Shown: positions 26,501-36,329, numbered from the stretch's first letter. The stretch is 64,000 nucleotides of DNA from Clostridiales bacterium (GCA_016288155.1 JAEEYP010000048.1:1735-65734), one strand, 5' to 3'. Notes: generated by a model from the sequence alone, not told the origin. Numbers and translations are program-made.

Positions 26501-27146
26501 GAAAAACGGCATCAAGGCGCTCGGCAGCGTCAACGTCTCCGCCATCGACGAGTATGCGGCCGTGAAGGAGCGCTACGATTTCATCAGCACGCAGATGCAC
26601 GATCTGAACGACGCGCGGGACGATCTGCGCGGGATCATCGAGATGATCGACGGGGAAATGACGCAGATGTTCACCGAGGCGTTCACGAAGATCAACGAGC
26701 ATTTCGGTGCGGTCTTCCGCGAACTTTTCGGCGGCGGGGAAGCGCATCTTTCGCTCAGCGATCCGGAGAACGTCCTGACGAGCGGCATCGAGATAAGCGC
26801 CGCGCCGCCCGGCAAGATGATCAAGAACCTCTCGCTGCTTTCCGGCGGCGAGCAGGCCGTCATCGCCATCGCGCTGCTCTTCGCGTTCGTGCGGGTGAAC
26901 CCGTCGCCGTTCTGCATCTTCGACGAGATCGAGGCGGCGCTCGACGAGGTCAACGTGCAGCGCGTCGCGCAGTACGTGAAGCGGTATTCCCGCACGACGC
27001 AGATCATCATGATCACGCACCGCCGCGGCACGATGGAGATCGCCGACGCGCTCTACGGCGTGTCCATGCCGCAGCGCGGCGTGTCGAAGGTATTTACGCT
27101 CGATCTCTCCTCCATGACGGAGGAGGACGTGGACCGCGCGCTGTGA
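23550..27146 (+). CDS. smc: Chromosome partition protein SMC (TTG start)
   Basis: 1198 aa. It has the Walker A GPNGSGKSNI, long coiled coils, a hinge, and the C-terminal LSGGEQ signature plus Walker B. Confidence 0.95.
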   Translation: MRLKSLELHGFKSFPDKTVIRFDEGATVIVGPNGSGKSNITDAMRWVLGELSSKNIRGSRMEDVIFVGADGFRPMGFAEVSVTFDNTDPDSRIDSPYDEITVTRRYYRAGESEYFINRKPVRLRDINELFMNTGIGRDGYSIIGQGKIAEIVSKKSEERRGVFDETAGIAKYRFKKQETQKKLDETEANMLRVSDILSELEGRVGPLERQAKKAREYLELFSQKKELDVALWLYDMERQRRAEEKTRSDCVLSSHELEMAQDTENQLQAQSERIFNASQESKVEAARLYEEIRSLSDRSHETENERKLLENDLAHAAAEAETASSESANREEERAAAEEKLTAAHAALDGITNELKKAEEETEALRGTRETVLEACSRKETQLEAKLDEQKKHEDAMLDLRVRLNVLKNTLSSQSERSGGIGADIDKYEKERRELQKQLDDLEESIRRYDGEIARETETAARASASLDALREKESALSEEINGAAAASQALDSRIAALKSMVEHFEGYNASVRFIMNEASAGRIRGVRGPVSHQIAVREEYTVAVETALGPALQNMVVEDEAAAKNAIYALKRADAGRATFYPLTSVKAAARGRDVEDAAAFTGFVGFADALVSADAEYAGVIGFLLGRIAVFDTLDHASAMARAKGWRVRAVTLDGQQINVGGSFTGGSVRRDSGILTRASQIEQLSAEAAETEKKKTEATEARRALREEIDRTAAARADAQERAQLMDTLRRADKTQCEELSARDGVIENLIGQLSADRDKLREIGERGDADIRELEEACAAEQREIDRIAAERAAMDVERGAGEEEAAALADALTEGQVHIAEIRKELELRRGTITETEEEICRLKEAASACLARREELLRSMEEMREKIGGMERAGGEMSAQLKTLESERERAESGSMENEKRLNELRLRLKDISAKKELLVAAHSKNENRLQQIVTDVEKMTQRLWDEYELTPTTAAGLGYPPVEDDTRAAVNARLTELKNGIKALGSVNVSAIDEYAAVKERYDFISTQMHDLNDARDDLRGIIEMIDGEMTQMFTEAFTKINEHFGAVFRELFGGGEAHLSLSDPENVLTSGIEISAAPPGKMIKNLSLLSGGEQAVIAIALLFAFVRVNPSPFCIFDEIEAALDEVNVQRVAQYVKRYSRTTQIIMITHRRGTMEIADALYGVSMPQRGVSKVFTLDLSSMTEEDVDRAL

Positions 27147-27168
27147 GAGACGCGGGATAGGAGGAATC

Positions 27169-28098
27169 ATGGGCTTTTTTGAATCGCTGAGAAAGGGTCT
27201 GACCAAGACGAAGAACGCCTTTCTCGGACAGGTGAACGACGTCATCCGGAGTTTTCGGCGGGTGGACGAGGATCTGCTCGAGGAACTCGAGGAACTGATG
27301 ATCTGTGCCGACATGGGCGCGTCGACGGCGGAGTCCGTGATCGGGACGCTCCGCGAGCGCATCAAGGAAGAGAAGATCGGCGACGCAGGGGAAGTCAAGG
27401 CGGCGCTGAAGGAGATCCTGCGCGGGTACGTCGGGGAGGGGGAGCCTTTGCGGCTCGGCACGCGCCCTTCCGTGATCCTCGTCATCGGCGTCAACGGCGT
27501 CGGAAAGACGACCTCCATCGGGAAGATCTCCGCGCACTTGAAAAAAGAAGGGAAGCGCGTCATCGTGGCGGCGGCGGATACCTTCCGCGCCGCGGCGATC
27601 GACCAGCTCGCCGTCTGGTGCGAGCGCGCCGGCGTCGAGCTGATCCGTCAGAAGGAGGGCAGCGACCCGGCCGCCGTCGTCTTCGACGCCGCCTCCGCCG
27701 CCCGCAAGCGGGAGGCGGACGTGCTTATCGTCGATACCGCGGGGCGGCTGCACAATAAGAAGAATCTGATGGACGAGCTCGCCAAGATCGACCGCGTCGT
27801 CAGCCGGGAACTGCCGGACGCGTCGCGCGAGACGCTGCTCGTGCTCGACGCGACGACCGGACAGAACGCCGTCATGCAGGCGAAGGAATTCATGAACGCC
27901 GCGCCGATCACGGGACTGGTTCTGACGAAGCTGGACGGGACCGCCAAAGGAGGCGCCGTCTTCTCGATCAAGGAAATGCTCGGCATCCCCGTGAAATTCA
28001 TCGGCGTCGGCGAAAAGGTCGAGGACATGCAGCCGTTCGACGCGCAGATGTTCGTGGACGCCATGTTCGACGAATCGGACGGGGAAGACGGGGAATGA
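27169..28098 (+). CDS. ftsY: Signal recognition particle receptor FtsY
   Basis: 309 aa, GVNGVGKTTSIGK, DTAGR, TKLDG. Confidence 0.95.
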   Translation: MGFFESLRKGLTKTKNAFLGQVNDVIRSFRRVDEDLLEELEELMICADMGASTAESVIGTLRERIKEEKIGDAGEVKAALKEILRGYVGEGEPLRLGTRPSVILVIGVNGVGKTTSIGKISAHLKKEGKRVIVAAADTFRAAAIDQLAVWCERAGVELIRQKEGSDPAAVVFDAASAARKREADVLIVDTAGRLHNKKNLMDELAKIDRVVSRELPDASRETLLVLDATTGQNAVMQAKEFMNAAPITGLVLTKLDGTAKGGAVFSIKEMLGIPVKFIGVGEKVEDMQPFDAQMFVDAMFDESDGEDGE

Positions 28099-28135
28099 GA
28101 ACGCCGGACGGCGCCCGGCGGCGGAGGTATTGCGT

Positions 28136-28804
28136 ATGAAGATCGTGCTTGCTTCCCGGAATCAAAAAAAGATCCGGGAACTGGAAACATTTCTCGCCGA
28201 AATCTCGTCTGATATACGGGTATTATCCCTCGACGATATCGGATACGGGGCGGAGATCGAGGAGGACGGCGGCGATTTCTGGGAGAACGCGGCGATCAAG
28301 GCGTCCGTCCCGGCGTCGCTCGGCTATATCGGCGTCGCGGACGACTCCGGGCTCGCGGTCGACGCGCTCGACGGCGCGCCGGGCGTGTATTCCGCCCGCT
28401 TCGCGGGGGAACACGCGACGGACGAGGAGAACAACCGGCGGCTCCTTGCCGCCGTGGACGCGGTGCCGGACGAAGCGCGGACGTGCCGCTTCGTTTCCGT
28501 CGTCGCGTGCGTGCTGCCGCGCAGTCTCTGGGTGCCGATCCCGCTCTCCTACCGCGTTCCGACGCGGCAGGGATTCAACGCCTTCGCCGTGCGCGGCGAG
28601 TGCGAGGGGATGCTGCTCCGCGCCGGCCGGGGAACGGACGGCTTCGGATACGATCCGCTGTTTTACGTCCCGGAGAAGGGAAAGACCTTCGCCGAGATGA
28701 GCGCGGACGAGAAAAACGCGATCAGTCACCGCGGCGCCGCCATGTGCGCCTTCGGGGCGATCTTTTCCGAGATTTTCAAGGAGTTTGAGGAGAAAATATG
28801 CTGA
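28136..28804 (+). CDS. rdgB: Non-canonical purine NTP pyrophosphatase (RdgB/HAM1 family)
   Basis: MKIVLASRNQKKIRE...DDSGL.VDAL.G.PGVYSARF...FGYDP.F. Start chosen at the ATG at 28136, 8 nt after ggagg. Confidence 0.85.
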   Translation: MKIVLASRNQKKIRELETFLAEISSDIRVLSLDDIGYGAEIEEDGGDFWENAAIKASVPASLGYIGVADDSGLAVDALDGAPGVYSARFAGEHATDEENNRRLLAAVDAVPDEARTCRFVSVVACVLPRSLWVPIPLSYRVPTRQGFNAFAVRGECEGMLLRAGRGTDGFGYDPLFYVPEKGKTFAEMSADEKNAISHRGAAMCAFGAIFSEIFKEFEEKIC

Positions 28805-29088
28805 CGAGCAAGCAGAGAGCCGCGCTGCGCGCGATGGCGAACGATATGACGCCGATCATCCAGATCGGCAAGAGCGGGATCGGCGGGGAACTGATCGAAA
28901 CGGTCGACGCCGCGCTGGAGGCGCGGGAGCTCATCAAGCTCACCGTTCTCGACAGTGCGCCGCTCGACGCGCGCGCGGCGTGTGAAGAACTCGCACAGCG
29001 CCTCGGCGCGGAGCCCGTCGCCGTGATCGGACGGAAGGTGACGCTCTACCGTCCGTCCAAAAAGAAGAAGGTCATCGAGCTCGCATGA
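28798..29088 (+). CDS. yhbY: YhbY-family (CRM-domain) ribosome-assembly RNA-binding protein
   Basis: 96 aa, LTSKQRAALRAMANDMTPIIQIGKSGI. Confidence 0.8.
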   Translation: MLTSKQRAALRAMANDMTPIIQIGKSGIGGELIETVDAALEARELIKLTVLDSAPLDARAACEELAQRLGAEPVAVIGRKVTLYRPSKKKKVIELA

Positions 29089-29729
29089 CGGAGGATTTCG
29101 CTCCCTGCCGGCTCGGGATCTACGGCGGGACGTTCTCGCCGCCCCACGCGGCGCACGTCCGCGCCGCGCTCGAATTTCTGCGGCAGGCGTCGCTCGAACG
29201 GCTGCTCGTCATGCCGGCGTATCTCCCGCCGCACAAGCGCGTCGCGGCGGACGACGATCCGGACGTCCGGCTCGAGATGGCGCGCGCCGCTTTCGAGGGG
29301 ACGGATCCGCGGATCTCCGTCTCCGATTATGAGATCCGGCGCGCTGGGGTGAGCTACACCTCGGACACGCTGACGCATTTCGCGCCGCTGTGCCGCGGAA
29401 GACCGGTGTTTTTGTGCGGCACCGATATGTTTTTAACGATGTGGAGCTGGCACCGCCCGGAGATCATTTTCTCCGTCGCGGAGATCGCCTGCGTGATGCG
29501 CGTGCGGGATCCCGCCGCGTTCCGGGAGACCGTGCGGCGCGCCGGGCTGTACCGGGAACAGTTCGGCGCACGGATCCTGCTTCTCGAAGGGGAGCCGATG
29601 GAGCTCTCCTCTACCGAGATCCGCGCGCGGATCCGCCGCGGCGAGTCCGTGGAGGGCATGGTCCCCGACGCGGTGCGGCGGATCATCGAGAAGCGCGGAC
29701 TGTATCGGCGGGAGGAGGGATTTCAGTGA
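29085..29729 (+). CDS. nadD: Nicotinate-nucleotide adenylyltransferase
   Basis: GIYGGTFSPPHAAH motif. ATGA overlap with the yhbY stop. Confidence 0.85.
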   Translation: MTEDFAPCRLGIYGGTFSPPHAAHVRAALEFLRQASLERLLVMPAYLPPHKRVAADDDPDVRLEMARAAFEGTDPRISVSDYEIRRAGVSYTSDTLTHFAPLCRGRPVFLCGTDMFLTMWSWHRPEIIFSVAEIACVMRVRDPAAFRETVRRAGLYREQFGARILLLEGEPMELSSTEIRARIRRGESVEGMVPDAVRRIIEKRGLYRREEGFQ

Positions 29730-30400
29730 ATTTCACGGACAGCGGCGCGCTCAGCGCGCTGCGCGAGCGCGTGCGCCCGTATCTGACGGAGCAGCGGTAC
29801 CGGCATACGCTGGAGGTGGAAGAGGAGGCGGCGCGCATCGGCGCCCTCTATCTTCCCGACAAGGTCGGGCGGCTGCGCGTCGCGGCGCTCCTCCACGACA
29901 TAACAAAAGCATACTCTTTGGAAAAGCAGTTGCAAACGTGCGAGGAATTTGGTATAATAATACGGAAGTCCGATCTTTCCTCTCCGCAGGTGCTCCATGC
30001 GGCGACGGGAGCCGCCGTCGCCGGACGCGATTTTCCGGAATATACGGACGAGGAGATCCTCGGCGGGATCCGCTGGCACACGACGGGACACGACGGCATG
30101 ACCGTCTTCGAATCCGTCGTGTATCTGGCGGACTATATCGAGCCGAGCCGCACCTACGAGGACTGCGCCGCGCTCCGCCGGTATTTCTGGGACGGGGCGT
30201 CCCGCGCCGGGGACCGCGCCGCGCTCGCGGTGCATCTGTGCCGGACGATGGTGCTGTCGATCGATATGACGCTCCGTTCGCTCATGACGGAGGGGCGCGC
30301 GATCGGTACGGATACCGTGCTTGCCCGCAACTGCTTTCTGGACCGTCTCGAAGCGCTCGGCGCGCCGGCGGGACCGGATCCGGATGCGAAACCTGTGTGA
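29726..30400 (+). CDS. yqeK: HD-domain bis(5'-nucleosyl)-tetraphosphatase YqeK
   Basis: GTG start overlapping the nadD stop (GTGA). Motifs RYRHTLEVEEEA..AALLHDITK. The track ORF 29390..30400 was trimmed. Confidence 0.8.
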   Translation: MNFTDSGALSALRERVRPYLTEQRYRHTLEVEEEAARIGALYLPDKVGRLRVAALLHDITKAYSLEKQLQTCEEFGIIIRKSDLSSPQVLHAATGAAVAGRDFPEYTDEEILGGIRWHTTGHDGMTVFESVVYLADYIEPSRTYEDCAALRRYFWDGASRAGDRAALAVHLCRTMVLSIDMTLRSLMTEGRAIGTDTVLARNCFLDRLEALGAPAGPDPDAKPV

Positions 30401-30418
30401 ATATAAGAGGATAGCCAC

Positions 30419-31585
30419 ATGAAAAAGAAAGTAAAAAGCGGCATGACGGGCGGTCAGAAGCTTGTCATCGTGCTTGTTGTGCTGGTGCTCGTTCTGGGGA
30501 TGATCGCGGGGACGCTGATCTGGCTGTACCGCCCGCCGGTGGATCCGGATCTTCCGTTTGAGACGGATCCGCCGCACGTGACCCGCTCTCCGGACGATCC
30601 GGTCCCCTCGACGACGGATCCGCAGAACGCGGAATACACGCCGCGCAACGACGTGTACAACTTCCTCCTGATCGGTCACGACCGGGTGGGAACGCTCGCC
30701 GACGTCATCATGCTCGTCAACTACGATATCGGCGCCGGTGCGCTGACCGTGATGCAGCTCCCGCGGGATACGTATTTTGAAGGCGATTCGAGCGTCTCGC
30801 AGCTCAACGTCCAGTTCTCCGCGTACTATAACCGCGCGACGCTCTCCGGCGACGGTACTCCGGCGCGCACCGCGGCAAGTCTGTTCGCCCGGCAGCTCGA
30901 GCAGAACCTCTGCATCAAGATCCATTACACGGCCGTGTTGAATCTCGACGGCTTCGTGAAGATCGTCGACGCCATCGGCGGCGTGGATATCGACATCCCC
31001 GCCGATATGGATTACGATGATCCGGAGCAGGGCCTGTCGATCCATCTGAAGGCCGGTCCGCATCATCTGAACGGCGAGCAGGCGGAGGGCTTCGTCCGCT
31101 TCCGCAGCGGGTACGAGCAGGTCGACATCGGCCGCGTCGACGCGCAGAAGCTGTTCATGTCCGCGTTCCTCCAGAAGGTCAAGAGCACCGTCAGTATCAC
31201 GAACGTCACGCTTCTGACGAAGCTCGTCAATGAAGCCGCGGAGAATCTGACGACGGATCTGCCCGTCGCCGATATGATCTACTTCGCGCGCAACGCGCTC
31301 GGGCTCGATCTCTCCGCCGTGCGGATGATGACGATCCCCTGCGACTACGCGGGAGGACTGGTCATCAACCGTGCCGCCACGCTCGCGGCGGTCAACAGCT
31401 ATTTCAATATCTACAACAACGATATCACCGATACGATCTTCGACCGGAACCTGCGCTTCGTCAACGAGGATTCCGCTCTCATGTACGCCGCGTATACGGC
31501 GGACGCGGCAGTGATCGTCAGCGACCATACGGCGCAGGAGATCGAAGACAATTCCATTTACATCCCGCGCAAGGACAATCCGTGA
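30419..31585 (+). CDS. LytR-CpsA-Psr (LCP) family cell-envelope phosphotransferase
   Basis: N-terminal TM helix followed by the block NFLLIGHDRVG..ADVIMLVNYD....VMQLPRDTY. Confidence 0.8.
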   Translation: MKKKVKSGMTGGQKLVIVLVVLVLVLGMIAGTLIWLYRPPVDPDLPFETDPPHVTRSPDDPVPSTTDPQNAEYTPRNDVYNFLLIGHDRVGTLADVIMLVNYDIGAGALTVMQLPRDTYFEGDSSVSQLNVQFSAYYNRATLSGDGTPARTAASLFARQLEQNLCIKIHYTAVLNLDGFVKIVDAIGGVDIDIPADMDYDDPEQGLSIHLKAGPHHLNGEQAEGFVRFRSGYEQVDIGRVDAQKLFMSAFLQKVKSTVSITNVTLLTKLVNEAAENLTTDLPVADMIYFARNALGLDLSAVRMMTIPCDYAGGLVINRAATLAAVNSYFNIYNNDITDTIFDRNLRFVNEDSALMYAAYTADAAVIVSDHTAQEIEDNSIYIPRKDNP

Positions 31586-31637
31586 CCGCGGTCTGATCGA
31601 TTTGCGGATGCGCTCCGCAGGAAAGGAAAAGAAGACG

Positions 31638-32054
31638 ATGGAGGAAAACAGGATCCCCGCCGGGGAGGAATCGGCTCCCGCTCTGCCGCCGGACGCGTCG
31701 CCGGAGGCGATCGCCCGCTACGCGGTATCCGTGCTCGACAAAAGGAAGGCGCGGGACTTGCGGCTTCTCCATACGGAGGCGCAGACGATCCTCGCCGATT
31801 ATTTCGTGATCGCCAGCGGTACCTCCCGCACGCAGCTCCGCGCGATGGGGGACGAGGTGGAGTACCGCCTCGGACTGTGCGGCATCCGCCCGCTCCACAC
31901 GGAGGGGGACGGCTCCGGAGGATGGCTGCTCATCGATTTCGGATCGGTCATCGTCCATATCTTCAGCCGCGAGGCGCGTGAGTTCTACAATCTGGAAAAG
32001 CTGTACGGAGAGACGAGCGAGGTGGATATCTCGGCGCTCCTCAGCGAGGACTGA
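31638..32054 (+). CDS. rsfS: Ribosome silencing factor RsfS
   Basis: Contains ADYFVIASGTSRTQLRAMGDEVE...WLLIDFGSVIVHIF..EAREFYNLEKLY. Start placed at the ATG at 31638, after aggaaaggaaaag. Confidence 0.8.
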   Translation: MEENRIPAGEESAPALPPDASPEAIARYAVSVLDKRKARDLRLLHTEAQTILADYFVIASGTSRTQLRAMGDEVEYRLGLCGIRPLHTEGDGSGGWLLIDFGSVIVHIFSREAREFYNLEKLYGETSEVDISALLSED

Positions 32055-32079
32055 CTTATTTCGATAAAGAGGATATACC

Positions 32080-34482
32080 ATGAAGTACGATTTCAAATCC
32101 GTCGAGGGAAAATGGCAGGACCGCTGGGAGGCGGAGGGAACCTTTTGCGCGTCGGAGGATCATACGAAGCCGAAATTCTACGGGCTCGTCGAGTTCCCGT
32201 ATCCGAGCGGAGCCGGGATGCACGTCGGCCATATCAAGGCGTATTCCGGGCTCGAGGTGATCTGCCGCAAGCGCCGCATGCAGGGCTTCAACGTCCTGTT
32301 CCCGATCGGCTTCGACGCCTACGGGCTCCCGACGGAAAACTACGCGATCAAGACCGGCATCCATCCGCGCAAGGTCACGGATAAGAATATCGAGAAGTTC
32401 ACCTCGCAGCTGAAGCGCGTCGGCTTCTCCTTCGACTGGTCCCGCGTCGTCGACACGACGGAGGAAGGCTACTACAAGTGGACGCAGTGGATCTTCCGGC
32501 GCATGTTCGACGAGGGGCTCGTTTTCCGCGCCAAGACGCTCGTCAACTACTGCCCGAGCTGCAAGGTCGTCCTCTCCAACGAGGATTCGCAGGGCGGCAA
32601 GTGCGACGTCTGCCACAGCGACATCGTACAGAAGTCGAAGGACGTGTGGTACCTGCGGATCACGGAGTACGCCGACAAGCTGCTCGAAGGGCTCGATCAC
32701 GTCGACTATCTGCCGAACATCCGTCTCCAGCAGGAGAACTGGATCGGCCGCTCGGAGGGCGCTTTCGTCAACTTCGCCATATCCGGCGAGGAGGAAGCGC
32801 TCCGCATCTACACGACGCGCCCGGACACGATGTTCGGCGTGACCTTCATGGTCATCGCACCGGAGCATCCGATCCTCGACCGCTGCCGCGCCCGCATCCG
32901 CAACACGGACGCGCTCGACGCGTACCGCGCCGAATGCGCGAAGAAGACGGAGTTCGAGCGGACGCAGCTCGTCAAGGAGAAGACCGGCGTCCGCATCGAG
33001 GGGCTGACGGCGATCAACCCCGCGAACGGACGGGAGATCCCGATCTATATCTCCGACTACGTCATGATGGGCTACGGCACCGGCGCGATCATGGCGGTGC
33101 CCGCGCACGACGAACGCGACTACGAGTTCGCCAAGAAGTTCGGCATCGAGATCATCGAGGTCATCCGCGGCGGCGATATCGAGAAAGAAGCGTACACCGG
33201 CGACGGCGAGATGGTCAACTCCGGATTCCTCAACGGCATCACCACGAAGAAGGAAGCCATCGCCCGCATGCTCGAATACCTGAAGGAAAAGGGCGTCGGC
33301 GAGCGCGGCGTCCAGTACAAGATGAAGGACTGGGCGTTCAACCGCCAGCGGTACTGGGGCGAGCCGATCCCGATCATCCACTGCCCGACGTGCGGCATGG
33401 TCGGCGTTCCGTATGAAGAACTGCCGCTGAAGCTGCCGCCGGTCGAGAATTTCGCGCCCGGCGAGGGCGGCGAAAGTCCGCTCGCCAAGATCGATTCCTT
33501 CGTGAACTGCACCCGCCCGAAGTGCGGCGGTCCCGCGAAGCGCGAGACGGACACGATGCCGCAGTGGGCCGGTTCCTCGTGGTACTTCCTCCGCTATACG
33601 GATCCGCACAACAGCGAAGCGTTCGCCTCGAAGGAGGCGCTCAAATACTGGCTGCCCGTCGACTGGTACAACGGCGGCATGGAGCACGTCACGCGCCACC
33701 TGATCTACTCCCGCTTCTGGCACCGCTTCCTCTACGATATCGGCGAGGTGCCGGTCGCCGAGCCGTATGCCAAGCGCACGGCACAGGGACTGATCCTCGG
33801 ACCGGACGGCGAAAAGATGAGCAAATCGAAGGGGAACGTCGTCGACCCGAACGACGTCGTCGACGTGTACGGCGCGGACGTACTCCGCGTGTACGTCTTG
33901 TTCATGGGCGATTACGCCTCTGCCGCTCCGTGGAGCGAGAACGGCGTCAAGGGCTGCAAGCGCTTCCTTGAGCGCGTCGCCGGGCTGAGCGATATCGCCC
34001 GCGGCACAGGCGAAACGCCGGCGATCACCGCCTCCCTCCATAAGACGATCCGCAAGGTCTCCGAGGACATCGAGGAGATGAAGTTCAACACCGCCATCGC
34101 GGCGATGATGACGCTTCTCAACGAGATCTCCGACGCTGGCGCGCTGACGAAGGACGAGCTGGGGATCTTCGTGCGGCTGCTCTGCCCGTTCGCGCCGCAT
34201 CTGGCGGAGGAAATGTGGGAGGCGCTCGGTCATACGTCGCTCTGCGCGAACGCGCCGTGGCCGGAGCACGACGAGGAGAAAACGACGGACGCGACGGTCG
34301 AGATCGCCGTCCAGATCAACGGCAAGCTGCGGGGAACGGTGCTCGTCCCGAAGGACGCGCCGAAGGACGAGGTGATCGCCGCGGCGAAGGCGGACGGACG
34401 CGTCGCCGGCGCGCTCGAAGGGAAGACGATCATCAAGGAGATCTTCGTCCCCGGACGGATCGTCAATCTGGTCGTTCGCTGA
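32080..34482 (+). CDS. leuS: Leucine--tRNA ligase
   Basis: 800 aa with YPSGAGMHVGH (HIGH) and KMSKSKGN (KMSKS). Confidence 0.95.
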   Translation: MKYDFKSVEGKWQDRWEAEGTFCASEDHTKPKFYGLVEFPYPSGAGMHVGHIKAYSGLEVICRKRRMQGFNVLFPIGFDAYGLPTENYAIKTGIHPRKVTDKNIEKFTSQLKRVGFSFDWSRVVDTTEEGYYKWTQWIFRRMFDEGLVFRAKTLVNYCPSCKVVLSNEDSQGGKCDVCHSDIVQKSKDVWYLRITEYADKLLEGLDHVDYLPNIRLQQENWIGRSEGAFVNFAISGEEEALRIYTTRPDTMFGVTFMVIAPEHPILDRCRARIRNTDALDAYRAECAKKTEFERTQLVKEKTGVRIEGLTAINPANGREIPIYISDYVMMGYGTGAIMAVPAHDERDYEFAKKFGIEIIEVIRGGDIEKEAYTGDGEMVNSGFLNGITTKKEAIARMLEYLKEKGVGERGVQYKMKDWAFNRQRYWGEPIPIIHCPTCGMVGVPYEELPLKLPPVENFAPGEGGESPLAKIDSFVNCTRPKCGGPAKRETDTMPQWAGSSWYFLRYTDPHNSEAFASKEALKYWLPVDWYNGGMEHVTRHLIYSRFWHRFLYDIGEVPVAEPYAKRTAQGLILGPDGEKMSKSKGNVVDPNDVVDVYGADVLRVYVLFMGDYASAAPWSENGVKGCKRFLERVAGLSDIARGTGETPAITASLHKTIRKVSEDIEEMKFNTAIAAMMTLLNEISDAGALTKDELGIFVRLLCPFAPHLAEEMWEALGHTSLCANAPWPEHDEEKTTDATVEIAVQINGKLRGTVLVPKDAPKDEVIAAAKADGRVAGALEGKTIIKEIFVPGRIVNLVVR

Positions 34483-34569
34483 ATACAAATCCACGGCGGA
34501 GCGGACCGCGTGTCCGCCCCGCCGTTCTGCATGTAATGAACGGCATCAACAAATGGAAGACGGAGGAAC

Positions 34570-35937
34570 GTGAAGAACGGTATGGGCAGAAGCAGACGAA
34601 TGATCTTTTGGATGGCGGCGGCGGCGCTGATCGGGCTTGCCGCCTGCGGCGGCGCTCCGGGTTCCGAGGGTACGGCGGCGCCTCTGCCTGCCGAGGACAC
34701 GGCGGCTCCGCTGCCCGCGGAGGAGGCGGAAGTCGGATACGTCCAGTCCCGGTTTTATATCTCCACCTTCAAGGCGCTTCCCCACGATACCGGCGCTTCC
34801 CTTGAGGATTTCGCCGCCATCGCTGCGCTGAACAGGGAGGCGGGCATCGATCTCATCGAAAACGCGATCATGAACCGCTCGGATATGCGCCTGGCGGCGC
34901 AGGCGTGCGAGCAGGAGGGCGTACGGTTCCTCGTTCAGAACATCACCCCGGACGGGGGCTTTTCCGGGATGGGAGAGAGATGCCCGGAATTTACGGAGGA
35001 AACGGTTCGCAGCGTCGCCGCGGAGATGAAGGACTATGCGTATCTCGAAGGGTACTATACGTGGGACGAGGTCAGAAAGAACGATCTCGAGACGTGCGCG
35101 GCGCTGAACGGATACTTTAAGGAGGCCGATCCGACCAGACTGGCGTTTTCGATCCTGCTTCCGAGCTACGGTCCGTACGGGTGGGACGACGCCTGGGATC
35201 CGGAGAAGAGCACGTATGCCAAGTACGTCAAAGCGTACGTCGAGACCGTCGATCCGGACGTGATCGGCTTCGATTATTATCCGTTCCAGATCCACGGAGG
35301 GGACGGCGCCAATCTGCTCAACTGCGATATCTGGAAGGATATGGGACTCATGCGCCGGGAAGCCATGAGGACCGGCAAGCCGTTCTGGTTCTATTTTCAG
35401 GCGTACGACATGGGCGGCGGGTATACCTTCACCTCGGAAATGCGGTCGGTGCAGATGTACGCGGCGCTCGCCTACGGCGCGAAGGCGCTGAGCTATTACA
35501 CCACGATGGAAGTGGTGTGCGACGGCGCGGGCAACAAGAAAGAGACCTTTGACGAGATCCGCGAGCTCAACCGCAGGGTCCATAATCTCGGCGATCTCCT
35601 CTTCGACAAGAGCACCGAGGAACTCTATCACTTCGGGATCCGGAAGACCAACCGGACGGCGTACTTCCTCGACGACCCGGAGGGATCCGCGCTCATCTCC
35701 GACGCGCCGTCCGGGAGCATTGTCGGCGTCTTCGGCGACGGGACGGAGCGCAAATACGTGCTCGTGGTGAATAAAAGCTATACGGACGCGATGACCGGCA
35801 CGCTGGTGTTCCGCTCGGCGCGGAAGATCAGTCGGTACGACCACGTCACCGGTCTGACGGCGCCGCTTGCAGACGCCGCGGATTCCGTTCCGCTCGACGT
35901 CCCTGCCGGTGACTGCGCGCTGTTCATCGTGGGATGA
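34570..35937 (+). CDS. Lipoprotein, possible TIM-barrel glycoside-hydrolase-like protein (start uncertain)
   Basis: Lipobox LIGLAAC follows a hydrophobic segment. The rest has no motif I can name with confidence. The GTG at 34570 is very close to the RBS, and alternative ATGs sit at 34582 and 34600. Confidence 0.45.
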   Translation: MKNGMGRSRRMIFWMAAAALIGLAACGGAPGSEGTAAPLPAEDTAAPLPAEEAEVGYVQSRFYISTFKALPHDTGASLEDFAAIAALNREAGIDLIENAIMNRSDMRLAAQACEQEGVRFLVQNITPDGGFSGMGERCPEFTEETVRSVAAEMKDYAYLEGYYTWDEVRKNDLETCAALNGYFKEADPTRLAFSILLPSYGPYGWDDAWDPEKSTYAKYVKAYVETVDPDVIGFDYYPFQIHGGDGANLLNCDIWKDMGLMRREAMRTGKPFWFYFQAYDMGGGYTFTSEMRSVQMYAALAYGAKALSYYTTMEVVCDGAGNKKETFDEIRELNRRVHNLGDLLFDKSTEELYHFGIRKTNRTAYFLDDPEGSALISDAPSGSIVGVFGDGTERKYVLVVNKSYTDAMTGTLVFRSARKISRYDHVTGLTAPLADAADSVPLDVPAGDCALFIVG

Positions 35938-35980
35938 GAGGGACCACGGCGGGTATCCGCCGTATACCCTGAAACGAAAG

Positions 35981-36010
35981 AAGACCGGGAGATTTCTCCC
36001 GGTCTTTTCC
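35981..36010. terminator. Bidirectional terminator between convergent genes
   Basis: Hairpin AAGACCGGGAGA-uuu-CUCCCGGUCUU flanked by A- and T-runs. Confidence 0.7.
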
Positions 36011-36032
36011 GTTTTCCGGATCCGCGTGCCGA

Positions 36033-36329
36033 TTACGTGCGCTCCAGCCTGCTTTTCAGGAGCGGGAGCCCGTCCTCGGTCCACCATTGCCCCGATATGC
36101 CGCCGGAGCTCATGCCGCCGTGCGCGAACTGCTCGACGCGTACAATGCTGTTCTCCGTCATCTCCTCGCCCGAAAGCGCGGCGTGCTCGCGCCGGATCCA
36201 CGCCTCAAGTTCTTCCGGCGAGCACAGTTCCATGTCCTCCGCGCGCTCCTGTAAGTACTTCCAGAAGTACGGATCTCCGCGAAAACCCCATCTTTTCGGC
36301 TTTTCCTCGAATATGACCGACAGCTTCAT
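36033..36329 (-). CDS. Small hypothetical protein (98 aa)
   Basis: Trimmed the track ORF to MKLSVIFEEKPKRWGFRGDPYFWKYL.... The upstream part of the track ORF is Arg/Gly-rich junk. Confidence 0.5.
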   Translation of the reverse strand: MKLSVIFEEKPKRWGFRGDPYFWKYLQERAEDMELCSPEELEAWIRREHAALSGEEMTENSIVRVEQFAHGGMSSGGISGQWWTEDGLPLLKSRLERT

